64,000 nucleotides of DNA. Source: Calcarisporiella thermophila CBS 279.70 (taxonomy: Eukaryota; Fungi; Calcarisporiellomycota). The notes under the pieces were generated by a model that saw only the letters and a list, made by a program, of their open reading frames with translations, was not told the DNA's origin and did no database searches. Positions 1 to 11,098 of this stretch are shown one piece after another; the first letter of the stretch is position 1; each line of letters begins with the position of its first letter. Both the position numbers and the translations under genes were made by a program. The stretch is from the NCBI RefSeq assembly GCF_041956535.1, contig NW_027192203.1, forward strand, positions 555,406 through 619,405. Direction: 5' to 3'.

Positions 1-116
1 AATACACCCAGTGGTTTGAGATTTTGGATGCTGGGAAGAATGACGGAAGCGACGCTGAGGATGACGGTGCTACCGATGCCGACAATAAAGACTCGAACGA
101 CGAGAATGAGTCATAA
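1..116 (+). CDS. 3' end of a gene running in from the left edge (..YTQWFEILDAGKNDGSDAEDDGATDADNKDSNDENES*), product unknown
   Basis: Open frame from nt 3 to TAA 114-116, acidic tail, followed by an AT/T-rich 3'UTR-like sequence. Confidence 0.55.
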   Translation, partial: YTQWFEILDAGKNDGSDAEDDGATDADNKDSNDENES

Positions 117-1364
117 TTAGCCCATTTAATATCGTAAATAATCTATTTGCCTCTATTTAATGCTTTGTTTGCTTTTCTTTCTACTCACAAGTATAGTTTC
201 TGTTGCTTTTTATTTTTTTCTTTTGCTTTAATGTTTGTATTTCTCCTACGCAATAACCACTTGCTGAACATTCTAATAATAAAGGGGTTCCTCTGGCACT
301 TGGGCAAAGCGCCTTGCGAAGAAAACGGTTCACTCTTTGTGAATTATTCTATGATTGCTTGGTGAGAAGAGACTAGGGTTAGCTATTATGAAATCATTAT
401 CACCATGGGTTGAGTAAGTGAAAATTGCAACGAGATAGATGAGTAGGAGGGGACCCTAGAACGGTGAAGAGGGATCGTAGGATACTTCATCAAAAAAAAA
501 AAACGATATGTTTTGTCATTTTGCTTGGATTATAGCATTGGCCAACTTGGCGAAATGGTAGGCTAGTTTTCGCTTTATTTTGGCCCGAAAAGAGCCACCT
601 AGTATTGCTAATACACGGTAAGCAAGAGGCTCTTTTAATTTTTTTTCATTCCTATTTATCTTTGGAATGCTTGGGAAATTCATAGCGGCTTTTGCTATTT
701 TGCTATTTTGACAGGCGTGCGTTTTGGAGGATTATTGGTATTGTATTAGGATAAGCAAAGAGGAGATGAGAGTACTTGTATCGCCTAATTAGTGTAGACT
801 TGAACCAAGGCCAAGTGGATTAATCACAATGGTTCCTGGATCGGTAGAAATTGGTCTCGAAATAATGCTTATACTAAGAGACTAGTTACATCTAGCCATT
901 TATATCAATGTCACGAAAAGCGATATATTCTTCTGTATTATTTAAGCTGGCATTCATAGTCACTCTTATGCAAGTTCAGGTTCCTTTTCCATCCGTAAGG
1001 CCCTACAAATCATAATGACAGAGATTGTTTCAGGTAGATCTGTTCATGTTCAATTTAGTCAAGTATGTATGCCCATTGGTGGTATAAGTAAACTACCCAT
1101 TCTGGGACTTCTTTTTGCCCCATATATTCACATCCAGATCGAAGCTATATCTCCTCATAAGAAAATATATGCCTGTGACGTGAATAGATCTCATTCTTAG
1201 CCTCCATCAGCTACTTAAAGAAAAATGCAACTCCAATCAAAATTTAAAATTGGGATGCAGAAGAAATCGAGGGCCTATCTTAATGACGGTATATTGTTCA
1301 CCATGTTCAGTAGGAACAGTGGTGCCGGGACACTAGCCTCTTTTAAAAGTGCACCAGTAACTAT

Positions 1365-1435
1365 AAACGCGAAACGCGAACCCCCCTCTCCAAAATTAAA
1401 CGCGTAAATCGCGGAATAAATTGAATTTCGCGTCA
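1365..1435 (+). promoter_or_regulatory. Cluster of MCB/SCB(E2F)-like CGCG elements upstream of dUTPase
   Basis: ACGCGA 1367 and 1374, ACGCGT 1400, TCGCGG 1409, TTTCGCGT 1426, all within 70 bp and 150-210 bp upstream of the ATG. Confidence 0.7.
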
Positions 1436-1578
1436 TTGAAAAATTGAAATCCACGTAAAATGCTACCCGTCAACAAAACCTCGAGAGCGTGCTTCTTTTT
1501 CTCTTTTGCAATTTTCTCCAATTCTGTATTATTTTTATTTTTATCTCTCAAGACTTTCACCTTTGGTACAAATTCATC

Positions 1579-2321
1579 ATGACTATTGATCAAAACCAGA
1601 CTCCTGAGGTTGCGACTAATAATCTCAAGAGGGCCAGGGAGAATGACTCTACTGCCGCCGACCTTGCCCCTGTCTCGGCTATCCGGCTGCTTGTTAAGCG
1701 CCTAAGCGACAAGGCAAAACTCCCCACAAGGGGCTCTCCATTTTCTGCGGGCTACGACTTGTACAGGTGTGTTTCGAGTTCCTATGGACATGACCTATGA
1801 TAAAATTCTAACCAATTTCGGCTTTATTTTTATTAAACAGCGCGGCAGACATCACGATTCCAGCGCGTGGAAAAGCGCTTATCCCCACTGATCTCTCTAT
1901 TGCCGTTCCTTCTGGAACTTACGGTCGCGTCGCTCCTCGTAGCGGCCTGGCCTTGAAACATTTTCTGGACACTGGTGCCGGAGTCATTGATGCCGATTAC
2001 CGGGGACCGTTAGGAATTGTATTGTTCAACCATGCAGAGGATGATTATCAAGGTCGGTATCACCGAATTCGATTGCATTTCTGCTCATAGAATGAAAGTT
2101 TCTAACGAGCGGACGATTTGCTCCATAGTGAAAGAGGGAGATCGAGTCGCTCAGTTGATTGTTGAGAGAATCTACACGCCCGAGGTGGAGGAAGTCGAGG
2201 TAGGTTAAGCATGGTGCTGATGGTTTTTCCTAGTAGTGAGACTGACCATGGAAATGGAATCTAGGACTTGGATGCCACTACGCGTGGTGAGGGAGGGTTC
2301 GGTAGTACCGGGAAGAATTAA
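1579..2321 (+). CDS. DUT1: dUTP diphosphatase (dUTPase), 4 exons
   Basis: Spliced motifs [45 protein letters not shown]; GT-AG introns starting about 1767, 2053 and 2200. Confidence 0.97.
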
Positions 2322-2532
2322 CTGTTATTAGCACCGTGTTCAATTGTTATTTTGTAGCATTGCCGAAAGTACTTTATTATAATATTCAGTACATATATTC
2401 TTAAACTACACATCAAGAAAAAGGGGCCACGAAGTGTGCATGTGAACAAGACAAAAAAGCAAAGGAATACAAAGCAAACCAAACCAAAGACGTGGGAGCA
2501 AAGAGATGAGGTTGGAGGCCAAACTCCAATCA

Positions 2533-3147
2533 TTATTCCTCGCTCTCTAATAGATTCACTCCGCTCCGGAGATCGTCCACCCCGTCTTTGCCTCCAGCCG
2601 GCTGTGTCCCATTGCCCTGTAAGATATTCTCTCCGGCGGGGGCAACGAGGGTGCTGTATTCCTTTTCTGAAGTCTTGGCCTTATCGGCCTGCTCACTCGC
2701 CAGTATTTCCTTGGGAGTAGCAAGCTGCTCAGGCTCCTGGCTAGCAATAGCCGAAGTTTCTTCGGAGAATAGCACTTCTCTGGCCTTCGGTCGGGCATCC
2801 CCCTCCGCTGGAGAGGTGGGTTCGTTTTCCTTATCGTTTACTTCGGCTTGGTCGCCCGTCGCCTTTTTGGGGCGCCCCCGGGACCGCTTCGGCGTTTCTG
2901 GCGCCTGTTCTTGCGATGCCGGCTGACGGCCACTACGGCGACGCTTAGAGGGTGATTGGGTTTCGTCCTGCGTATTGGGCCCTTGCTGACGTTTTGCGTA
3001 GGAGCGAGTAACAGGGCGCTGAGAAGCTAATTCATCCTGGTCTTGCTTGGAATCGGCAAGAATCTCAACAGGAGCCGATTCCGTAGGGGACGTGCTCTCT
3101 GAATGCTCGGTGACGGGCTGAGCGGAGGGAGATTGGATACTAGTCAT
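2533..3147 (-). CDS. Intronless, disordered AT-hook protein (HMGA-like), 204 aa
   Basis: ORF with TPKRSRGRPKK AT-hook, basic SPSKRRR segment, S/E/Q/P-rich composition, acidic C-terminus. Confidence 0.75.
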   Translation of the reverse strand: MTSIQSPSAQPVTEHSESTSPTESAPVEILADSKQDQDELASQRPVTRSYAKRQQGPNTQDETQSPSKRRRSGRQPASQEQAPETPKRSRGRPKKATGDQAEVNDKENEPTSPAEGDARPKAREVLFSEETSAIASQEPEQLATPKEILASEQADKAKTSEKEYSTLVAPAGENILQGNGTQPAGGKDGVDDLRSGVNLLESEE

Positions 3148-4252
3148 GGTGGAATGTTGCGGTGGTAATGGCTCTTTTTGGGGACGGTGCGGGAAACGAG
3201 TGGCGAGCGGACAGAAAACGACTCAACCAGTGCCTGCAACTTATAAGCTTCTCCGTGGGTATCCACCTCCGTCGACCTTAAGGATTCCGGGCTCTAGGTC
3301 ATAGCCCCCAAAGGAAGATTAGGCTTTAACGTTTTAAGCAAGAGGGATCAGTGTGGATAGCGGAACCGGAGGCGGAAAGCCTGAATTTAAACTCGAAAGC
3401 CGGCTCATGGAACTCTCGCCCAAGAGGGGCGCCCCATAATGGGAAGGTTGGATTCAATGGCCATTGGGCTAATTTAGAAAACCCCTACGATCCCTTTGGT
3501 TGGGTAAATGCCGCATCGATAGTTGCGGCGTTTAAGGGCCAGCTTCCTACCTGGCGGGCGGCAAACACCATGCCACGAGTTCATGGCTCGTTGCATACTG
3601 TCCTCTCTTTGTTATATGGATAGCGCCATACTAATTTCCCGCGATGCTGACCATAACCATATGCTTCTCTCGAAAACCTTGGGCTAATCTCCTGGATGGA
3701 TAGAACTCTCTCTCCCTGGCGCCTTTAGTGATCAGAGCGAGAGTTTCACTCCGCTGTGAAAAGTGGGCAAACAACGCTTTGCCGGAATGAAGTGAAAGGG
3801 GAAGATTCCAAGCCATTAGAATGGGATCCATTCTAAAATATATATAGCAAAGGTGCAAATCCAAATTTGCTGGTATTTTCTTCACGAATCCCGCCCCCAT
3901 CCCATTTTTCTAAAACTTGGCCATTGTAAATAGGGTTGCACATACGATTTCGTTTATGATACGATGTTTCTTTTTTTTTTTTACTCTCGATTAATTAATA
4001 CGACACCTCTTCGGATGTTTGTTGGCACAATCCTATTGAGGACATGTAAAAAACAAATACTCTTCTAATATATGATATAATATATAATTTTGAAAAGAAG
4101 GAGGAAAAAAAAGAGAAGAGGGAGGGGAGGGACGAATGGCTCTATATATACACAAAAAGGTGGAGAGGGGAATATGCGGAGAGAGAGATAGGCATATGGG
4201 ATCCATGAAAGCTTTTGGAAATCACATTGAAAGCTCCAAATCCATCAGAGTG

Positions 4253-6263
4253 CTATTGGAGAATCCCCTCGTGGTAGCGAGGGAGGTCGGTGGTAAACGA
4301 GAGTAGGTCAATCTCCTTGTGGTGGCTCGCAGCATGGAAGGTTGCATTTTCTCTAGATGAAGAAATGGCGAAAGATAAGCAATGAATTTCAAAAAGTCCA
4401 AACACCGATTGAAGGCACTAAGAGAGGACTTACTTGTTTAGCCGATCAGTGATGGCATCTAAATCCAGCTCCAAAAATTCCTCGATAAACTTTCCGATGT
4501 ACGTGTTGTCATGGGCACCCACCAGCTTTTCATGCTCGGTTCCATAGGCATAGAGGTTCACATCCACTCCAGAATGCCCTTTCGTCGTCCACCCCACCTG
4601 GGCGCGCTTACTCAGCATGGTTGCCAAAAAGGCGTTGTAGTCCTTGGCGCTGTGCTTCTTTTCCACATTGGCCAATTCGGCGGGAAGCGGATCCACGATG
4701 CCAAGCGTATTGTTGAGGATCTCGCGGTGGAGATACTCAATCCGGTCTGGGCCGTTGTAGGCAGCAAGTCGTTCTCCAGCTTTGTAGGTGGAGTTGTGCA
4801 CTCGAGTGAGCACGTCCGGATACCAGAGATATCTAAAGAATGAAGAGGTGCTCCGTCTGTGAGCGCATAGCCCTCCAATCCAATCTATCGAACACTTACT
4901 CGGGATAGGTGGTGGTCAACTGACGTGCCAGGGTCAATCCTCCTGTCTCATGATCACTGACAGAAATCATCACCGTGCCCGGGTGCTTCTCAACGTAATC
5001 CTTCACCAACGCAGCCACTTCGTTATAGTGTAGAATGTCGTGCAGATGGGCTCCTGGATCGTTCGAATGGGCTGCCATGTCAATTCGACTGCCCTCAATC
5101 ATTAGGAAGAAGCCTTTGTCGGATTTCTCAGTGGCAGTGGTTAGGATCTCTAGAGCCTTCTGAGCCATCTCATACAACGAGGGTTGTTCCTTGGGGACAC
5201 GGTCGATTTCGTAATCCATGTGCCCCGGTGCAAATAGCCCAAGGATGGGGACCTGGGCCGGGTTGGCCGCGTCGAACTCTGGGCGGGAGAGAAGGACTTG
5301 GAACCCGCGGTCGCGTGCTTCGTGAATCAAGTCACGGTCATCCTTGCGACAACTTTCGCTGTTGTTATTTGGAAGGAAGAAGCAGCGCCCTCCCCCCAGC
5401 ATCACATCCACAACACGTCCTAGAGCATTATTTCCAATTTGTTGAGAAGCAATCTCGGCCTCATTATCGCGCTCTGTGACATGCGCAGAGAAGGATGCAG
5501 GGGTGGCGTGCGTGATGCGGCTAGTGGCAACTAGTCCTGTGGCAAGACCATGGGCTTTAGCAGATTCGAGGACAGTCCCGCATGGGATGTTTTGTACGTC
5601 CACTATAGTTGGTTAGATTTTAATGGGGCATCTATCAGAGGGGATTTTGAAAGTGTAGATTCATACTTGCAACTCGCCTATTTATTGTTTTTAGCCCGCA
5701 GGAGAATGCTGTGGCACCTGCTGCAGAGTCCGTCACCAAGCTTGAGGCAGAGCGCGAACGAGAAGATCCAACCAGAATCGTATCCAGCGGAAGCTCGTAG
5801 TCATATGTTTTGTTATTAACATACTGGTAATAAGAACGTGCAAATGTCATTGATGCCGGGCCCATCCCATCCGAGATCATGAGAATGACATTTCTTTTCG
5901 ATGGAACTATGAATGACAGGCATCCAATTAGTTTAATTGTTTAAAAACAGTGTGGATGGAGAGAGAAGGCTGAGGGCCAACCTGTAGTGCCTTGAGCATA
6001 GAAGAAAGCTGATAATACTGCGATGAGTAGAATAGATGATAGCGAAAAAAGTATTATCAGAACTCTTTGCCGTTCCTGGTGGCAGATTATCATAGAGGTT
6101 AACTAGACATCATCAAATTCAATTTAATATGGTTGCATCTTACCTTCTTTTCGTGTTTGGTTGGTACGGAAGGCCCCTCCTCTTCAAGGAAGCCTCTCTC
6201 TTCATCGCTGACGTTGGTATTTTGCAAGAGGATCTCTTCACTTCGCCTTGGCGAGTCTGGCAT
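4253..6263 (-). CDS. PHO8: Vacuolar-type alkaline phosphatase (type II membrane protein), 6 exons
   Basis: NVILMISDGMG, VTDSAAGATA (catalytic Ser), ITHATPASF, EGSRIDMAAH, SDHETGG, GHSGVDV; N-terminal TM segment VLIILFSLSSILLIAVLSAFF. Confidence 0.95.
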
Positions 6264-6436
6264 CTTCCGATGATGGTCGGGAGGCTAATTCTATTCAAGG
6301 AAACTGCAGTTGAACTGGTTATTAAAATTTCTCAATAAAATCGGGGATGCTTCCACGTCTACAGTATTTGGAAGAGCAGTCACCCAGATCATTTCTGGCT
6401 AAGAATTTATTTTTATAAACATATTCTCAGTTCACC

Positions 6437-6978
6437 ATGGCGGAGGACCAGCAGCACGATTCGGCTAATGCATCAGCGCAAGATATCGAAAAGTTGAAGA
6501 CACAGCTAGACGTATCAGTCGGGCTAGCGAGATCTCTTGTGAGCTCATGGTTGCCGCCCGAAGATGATCCAGTGGAAGAGGAAGTGGTAGTAGAAGAGAA
6601 AGGACGGCCTGCTCGGTAAATTCTCACTGTCATGTTTCTGTGGTCATAAACTTCGTATGATCTTTTTGGTTAATGTTTTCCTTTCTCTCTTATATGCCTC
6701 GTAGGTTAGGACTTGGTGCGAAATTCATTACCCATAATGAAGCAACTCGCCATTTAGCCTCTGGTACATTCGAGTCGAAGCTCAAACGGAAATTTGAAAA
6801 AAAAGGTAAACCGTCAGAGGACGCCGTTAAACGGCCAAAGCAGGAGACACCAGAGGAGGATGTAGAGAGCAAGGCAAATATGGTGGGGCGAACCAATACT
6901 AAAAAAGGAGGCGATTTTTTGAGCGCATATCTTGGAGAACGGCAGGCAAAGAAAAAGAAGAAAAAATCCAGTGCATGA
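6437..6978 (+). CDS. Small basic protein, DUF3245-like (probably nucleolar), 2 exons
   Basis: Exons join as ..LARSLVSSWL..GRPAR|LGLGAKF..; lysine-rich C-terminus KKKKKK. Confidence 0.75.
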
Positions 6979-7194
6979 CCAGTGTATAGCTGTTTTAATA
7001 GATGTAAAAAAGATCTCCCTGTGAATATTCAAATAAATATATTTAGGTTTTTTGCATATATCTCGGATAAGTTCTGGAAATGTTTTCCTTTCTGGTACAC
7101 TATTTATCGACTCGAAAGATTGTATTTGAAGAACTAGTTTATGTTTTTATTCGAATACAAAAAACGAGAGACCATAAGAATGGGAGAAGGGACT

Positions 7195-7905
7195 TTAGAT
7201 GAATCCGATCTATTTTGGAAAAGAAAAAGTAAACATAAATATATTAGAGCAGCAGTAAATTAACGGGGAGTTGTTCTCCATTCAAGTAAAATTGAATCCT
7301 ACCTTGTTAGCAACATCCAACGCATCAACATCGGCAGTCAGGCGAACGAAAGCCTTCTTGGTGCCGTCGGGCCTGATGAGGGTGTTGATTTTCTGGGCAT
7401 CCACATCATAAAGCTTCTTCACGGCATCCTTAATTTGCCTCTTGTTTGCGCGGACATCCACAATGAACACCAAGGTGTTGTGCTCCTCGATCTTCTTCAT
7501 TGCGGTCTCAGTGTTGAGAGGGAAACGCACGATCTTATACTGGTCGAGGCGTGGCGCATGAGGGAAGGACTTGCGCGGGTACTTAGGAGTGCGTGCAAGA
7601 CGGAGGGTCTTGGGGCGGTGGAATGTAGTGCTAGTACGGATCTTGCGCACCTTGGTGCCTTGGGTGCCACGAAGAGCAGACTTCTTGGCAGCCTGGGCCT
7701 TGGCCGTCTCGTTCTTGGTAGTGCCTGTGTCGAAAAGGGAAACAGAAACATGATTAGATCAAGCCCATCGCATCCTGAGTCCATTCATCTTCCAAGCTCT
7801 CCCTCCCCAAGTTCTCATCAATCCATCCATCAAAAATACACAAGTATTTCATCCATCCATCGACAACTGTTATATACCTTGTTTCTTGCCCTTGGTAGCG
7901 GCCAT
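7195..7905 (-). CDS. RPL25: 60S ribosomal protein uL23 (L25/L23a), 3 exons
   Basis: [47 protein letters not shown]|IGFI*; introns 7725-7877 and 7210-7302. Confidence 0.98.
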
Positions 7906-8104
7906 TTGGTAAGGTGAATAATCGCGTGTCGGAAGAGAGGGAACTTGAGAATCGCTCAAGCGTCCTATTTCTAATTCGATTCTCGAGAGAGAATCCAAGC
8001 CACACAAAGTCACTTCTTTGCCACTCTATTCTCTGCATACTCCTTTTTTTCTGCGAGAGTGGGCGTAACCATCCCATACCAACTATTTTCTCAGCCGTGT
8101 TTTA

Positions 8105-10577
8105 ATGACCAATTCTATGTCCCAAGAAAGCACTTCATCCACCCATGATGATAAAAAAGCAGGCGCAAAATCTGAGCCAAACTTTTTTGCTGACTACGTG
8201 ATTGTCTTCCGGTTCCAACCTCCAAAGAACAAACAGCCCCAGGAACGAGAAGCTTACGAGCAACAGGTACTCGCCGGCTATAGACAGCTCATTGAAAAGC
8301 TAAAGTCTGTCGAGCTCAAATATGAAGTGCGGCCTGGAGGAAAGGGGCTTATCCTAGTCTTTGTGTTGTGTCAATGGGAGAGATTGAAGAAAGAAATTTT
8401 ACAATCGAGGTGAATTAGAGAATTATTTTGAATTGGAAAATGATGATGGTTGAATGAATGATGAAATTGTACAGGGTTCAAGACTGGCTTACGGGCGTGC
8501 GTATCGCCGATGAGGAGGACCTCGATGTTCCATTTCACAAGTCTAAGGCCCAAGAACGCAACTTGGGATTATCTGAAGCTGAACGTCTCCGCTTGGTGTA
8601 TGATATCCTTACCGGCTCCACACTGGACGGCAGAGCCGGTATTACACCCGGTATTGATCCCTTTGTGGAAAGCATTATGCCTCTTCATGATCGCGAATTC
8701 AACAAAGTAAATTGTTGTTAGTACATCTTCAAAATGACGGTAAACTAATAATTTACACAACAGTCTTGGATTCGAACTTGGTCACGCAAATACTTGATCA
8801 ATCAAGATGATTTGCTTCGAATCCGTAACCATTTTGGAGAGAAGGTAGCGATGTGTTTTGGAGAGTTTTATTTCAGCCCGTTGTTTATCAACCAAACTGA
8901 CTTTTTTTAATGTGTTGTTAGATTGCATACTACTTTGAGTTCCTCCAATTTTATTTCTTGTGGCTTTCAGTACCATCCATTGTTGGGGTGATATACTATC
9001 TTTTTGGGCGTAGCTTCTCCATTTCTTTTTCTATATTTATGATGGGGTGGTCGCTCGCCTTCACGGAGTTTTGGCGCCGAAGAGAAACAGAGCTGGCGAT
9101 TTGGTGGGGAGTACGCAATGTCTCCAATGTGGAACGTCGGCGTGCTGCCTTTAAAGCGGACAAACAGGTAACCGATCCGGTGACAGGTGAACTGGTACCC
9201 TATTTTCCTCTGTGGAAGCGATGGATGCGACGGCTGTTAACTGCGCCAGCAATTGCGGTGGGCGTAATAGTATTGAGTGTGGTGGTTGGATTCGTATTTT
9301 CGGTGCAAGTATTTTTAAAGGAGTATTACAATGGGCCATTTGCTGCCATATTGGTACATTTATTTCTCAAAATAATCTTTTGTGCCTTAATACTCATTCC
9401 CTTCTTCTATGTAAACCTCTTAGAGTTTTGCCCCAACCATCACCTATGCGGCCCTGGTACCGACCATGACCGCGTATTATTTAAAATTATCACGTTTACT
9501 TACCGAGTGGGAGAACCATGAAACCGAGTCGCAGTACGAACACCATCTCACCCTAAAAATCTTTGCGAGCAACTTCCTGACGGCGTATGCTGCCCTGTTT
9601 TTGTGCGCCTACGTGTACATTCCTTTTGGAGAGGAATTTACTCGTTACTTCAATATGTTCAACATTAGCACCCACCATCAAACCGTAGGACCCGAGCGAT
9701 TGAAAGAGCAGCTGGTCTACTTTGTTATCACAGGACAAATCGTGAATTTTGCCACGGAGATTCTTGTGCCGATGTTTATGCGGCTGGCCACCAAGGGCGG
9801 GCAAAAGGTTATCGATAAAATTCATCTAGGCGCGGGAGAAGACAGTCCGCCTCGCGACGAGGATGAAGCTCAATTTTTGAAGCGCGTGAAAGAAGAAGTG
9901 AAGCTGGGAGAGTACGATATATACGAGGATTATGCCGAGATGGTCACTCAAGTAAGTGGATGTTTCTTTTGAAAACGGTTGATGCGATTCAACCCGATAG
10001 CCCCTAAACATTGTTTGCCATTTTGCAGTTTGGATATGTGTCCCTATTTTCCTCCGTGTGGCCTTTAACGCCTCTGTGCTGTTTTATTAACAACTGGATC
10101 GAATTGCGCAGTGACGCTGTGAAACTCTGCCGGTACACCCGTCGGCCTATTCCTCAGCGAGCAGACAGCATTGGCCCCTGGGTCGAAGCTCTCAACACGC
10201 TCACCTGGCTCTCCAGTATCACCACCTCATCTCTTGCCTATCTCTATCATCCCAAAACAGATATTCATTCTAAGCGAACCCTCGCCTACGTCTTCCTTAC
10301 TGTGCTTGTCGCTGAACACGTGTATGTAGTGATGAGAATGCTTACCCGAGGAATTGTGAGGAGCCTGCCTTCCTGGTCCACCGAGATCATCCAGCGGCAA
10401 GAATATGAGCTGAAGAAGCGGTGGCTTGAGCGTATGGGAAGGCATGATGATATTGTTCAAGAAATTGAAGGTGGCAGGTCAGTGAAAGAAAAGCGCGAGG
10501 GACCGCACAGCGTATTCTGGGAAGATGGGGGGGAAGACGGAGAACAGTTATTAAGGTCAGCATTTAAGTCCAAGTAG
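8105..10577 (+). CDS. IST2: Anoctamin/TMEM16 family scramblase-channel (Ist2-like), 6 exons
   Basis: DYVIVF, IRNHFGEKIAYYF, LTEWENHET, YEDYAEMVTQFGYV, NNWIELRSDAVKLC, RADSIGPW. Confidence 0.93.
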
Positions 10578-11098
10578 GCTTCGTATATTAATATTCCATA
10601 TGCAATTTATCTTGTTGTTTTATATATTAATATGGATGTGAGATTCTTTCACTCTTCAATTGTTACTATTTTTACTACTACTTTTTTATTCAACAGGGGG
10701 GATAATGATATCTCTAATCAATAAATATGCATTCTACACAAATGATTCTATAGTCTTGAAATATTTTGCCAAAAAGACCGCTTGGCTCACATTATTCTCT
10801 GAACCAGAGAGGCAGGCTCCTTATAATACCTCGGGTGAGTAACCTCATACCACGTACACATGCTCAGCAATGAGCCGGCTGTGTATCTCTTGAAGCAGGC
10901 AGTGTATTACAAATGATCTAAGCTGATTAATTCTAAGTGTTGCTAGCTCAAGTAAGTTTATACAATTATGTGCAAGACCAAAATCAAAGCGCCTATTAAT
11001 AATTTAATAATTCATCGACACTGATTTTGCGACTGCTCTAGCTAGCATTCAAGGCATAGAGAGGGTTATTCCTATCTCCTTCTTATCACTATATCAAT

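Noticed and set aside
588-636. 9-bp inverted repeat AAAAGAGCC/GGCTCTTTT followed by a T-run
   Set aside because: Single short hairpin; no second copy or target-site duplication to call a MITE, and no ncRNA hallmark
4200-4258. Leaky-looking stop context CAA-TAG-CAC on alkaline phosphatase
   Set aside because: Only a partial match to the CAR-YYA readthrough motif, and no evident targeting signal in the extension
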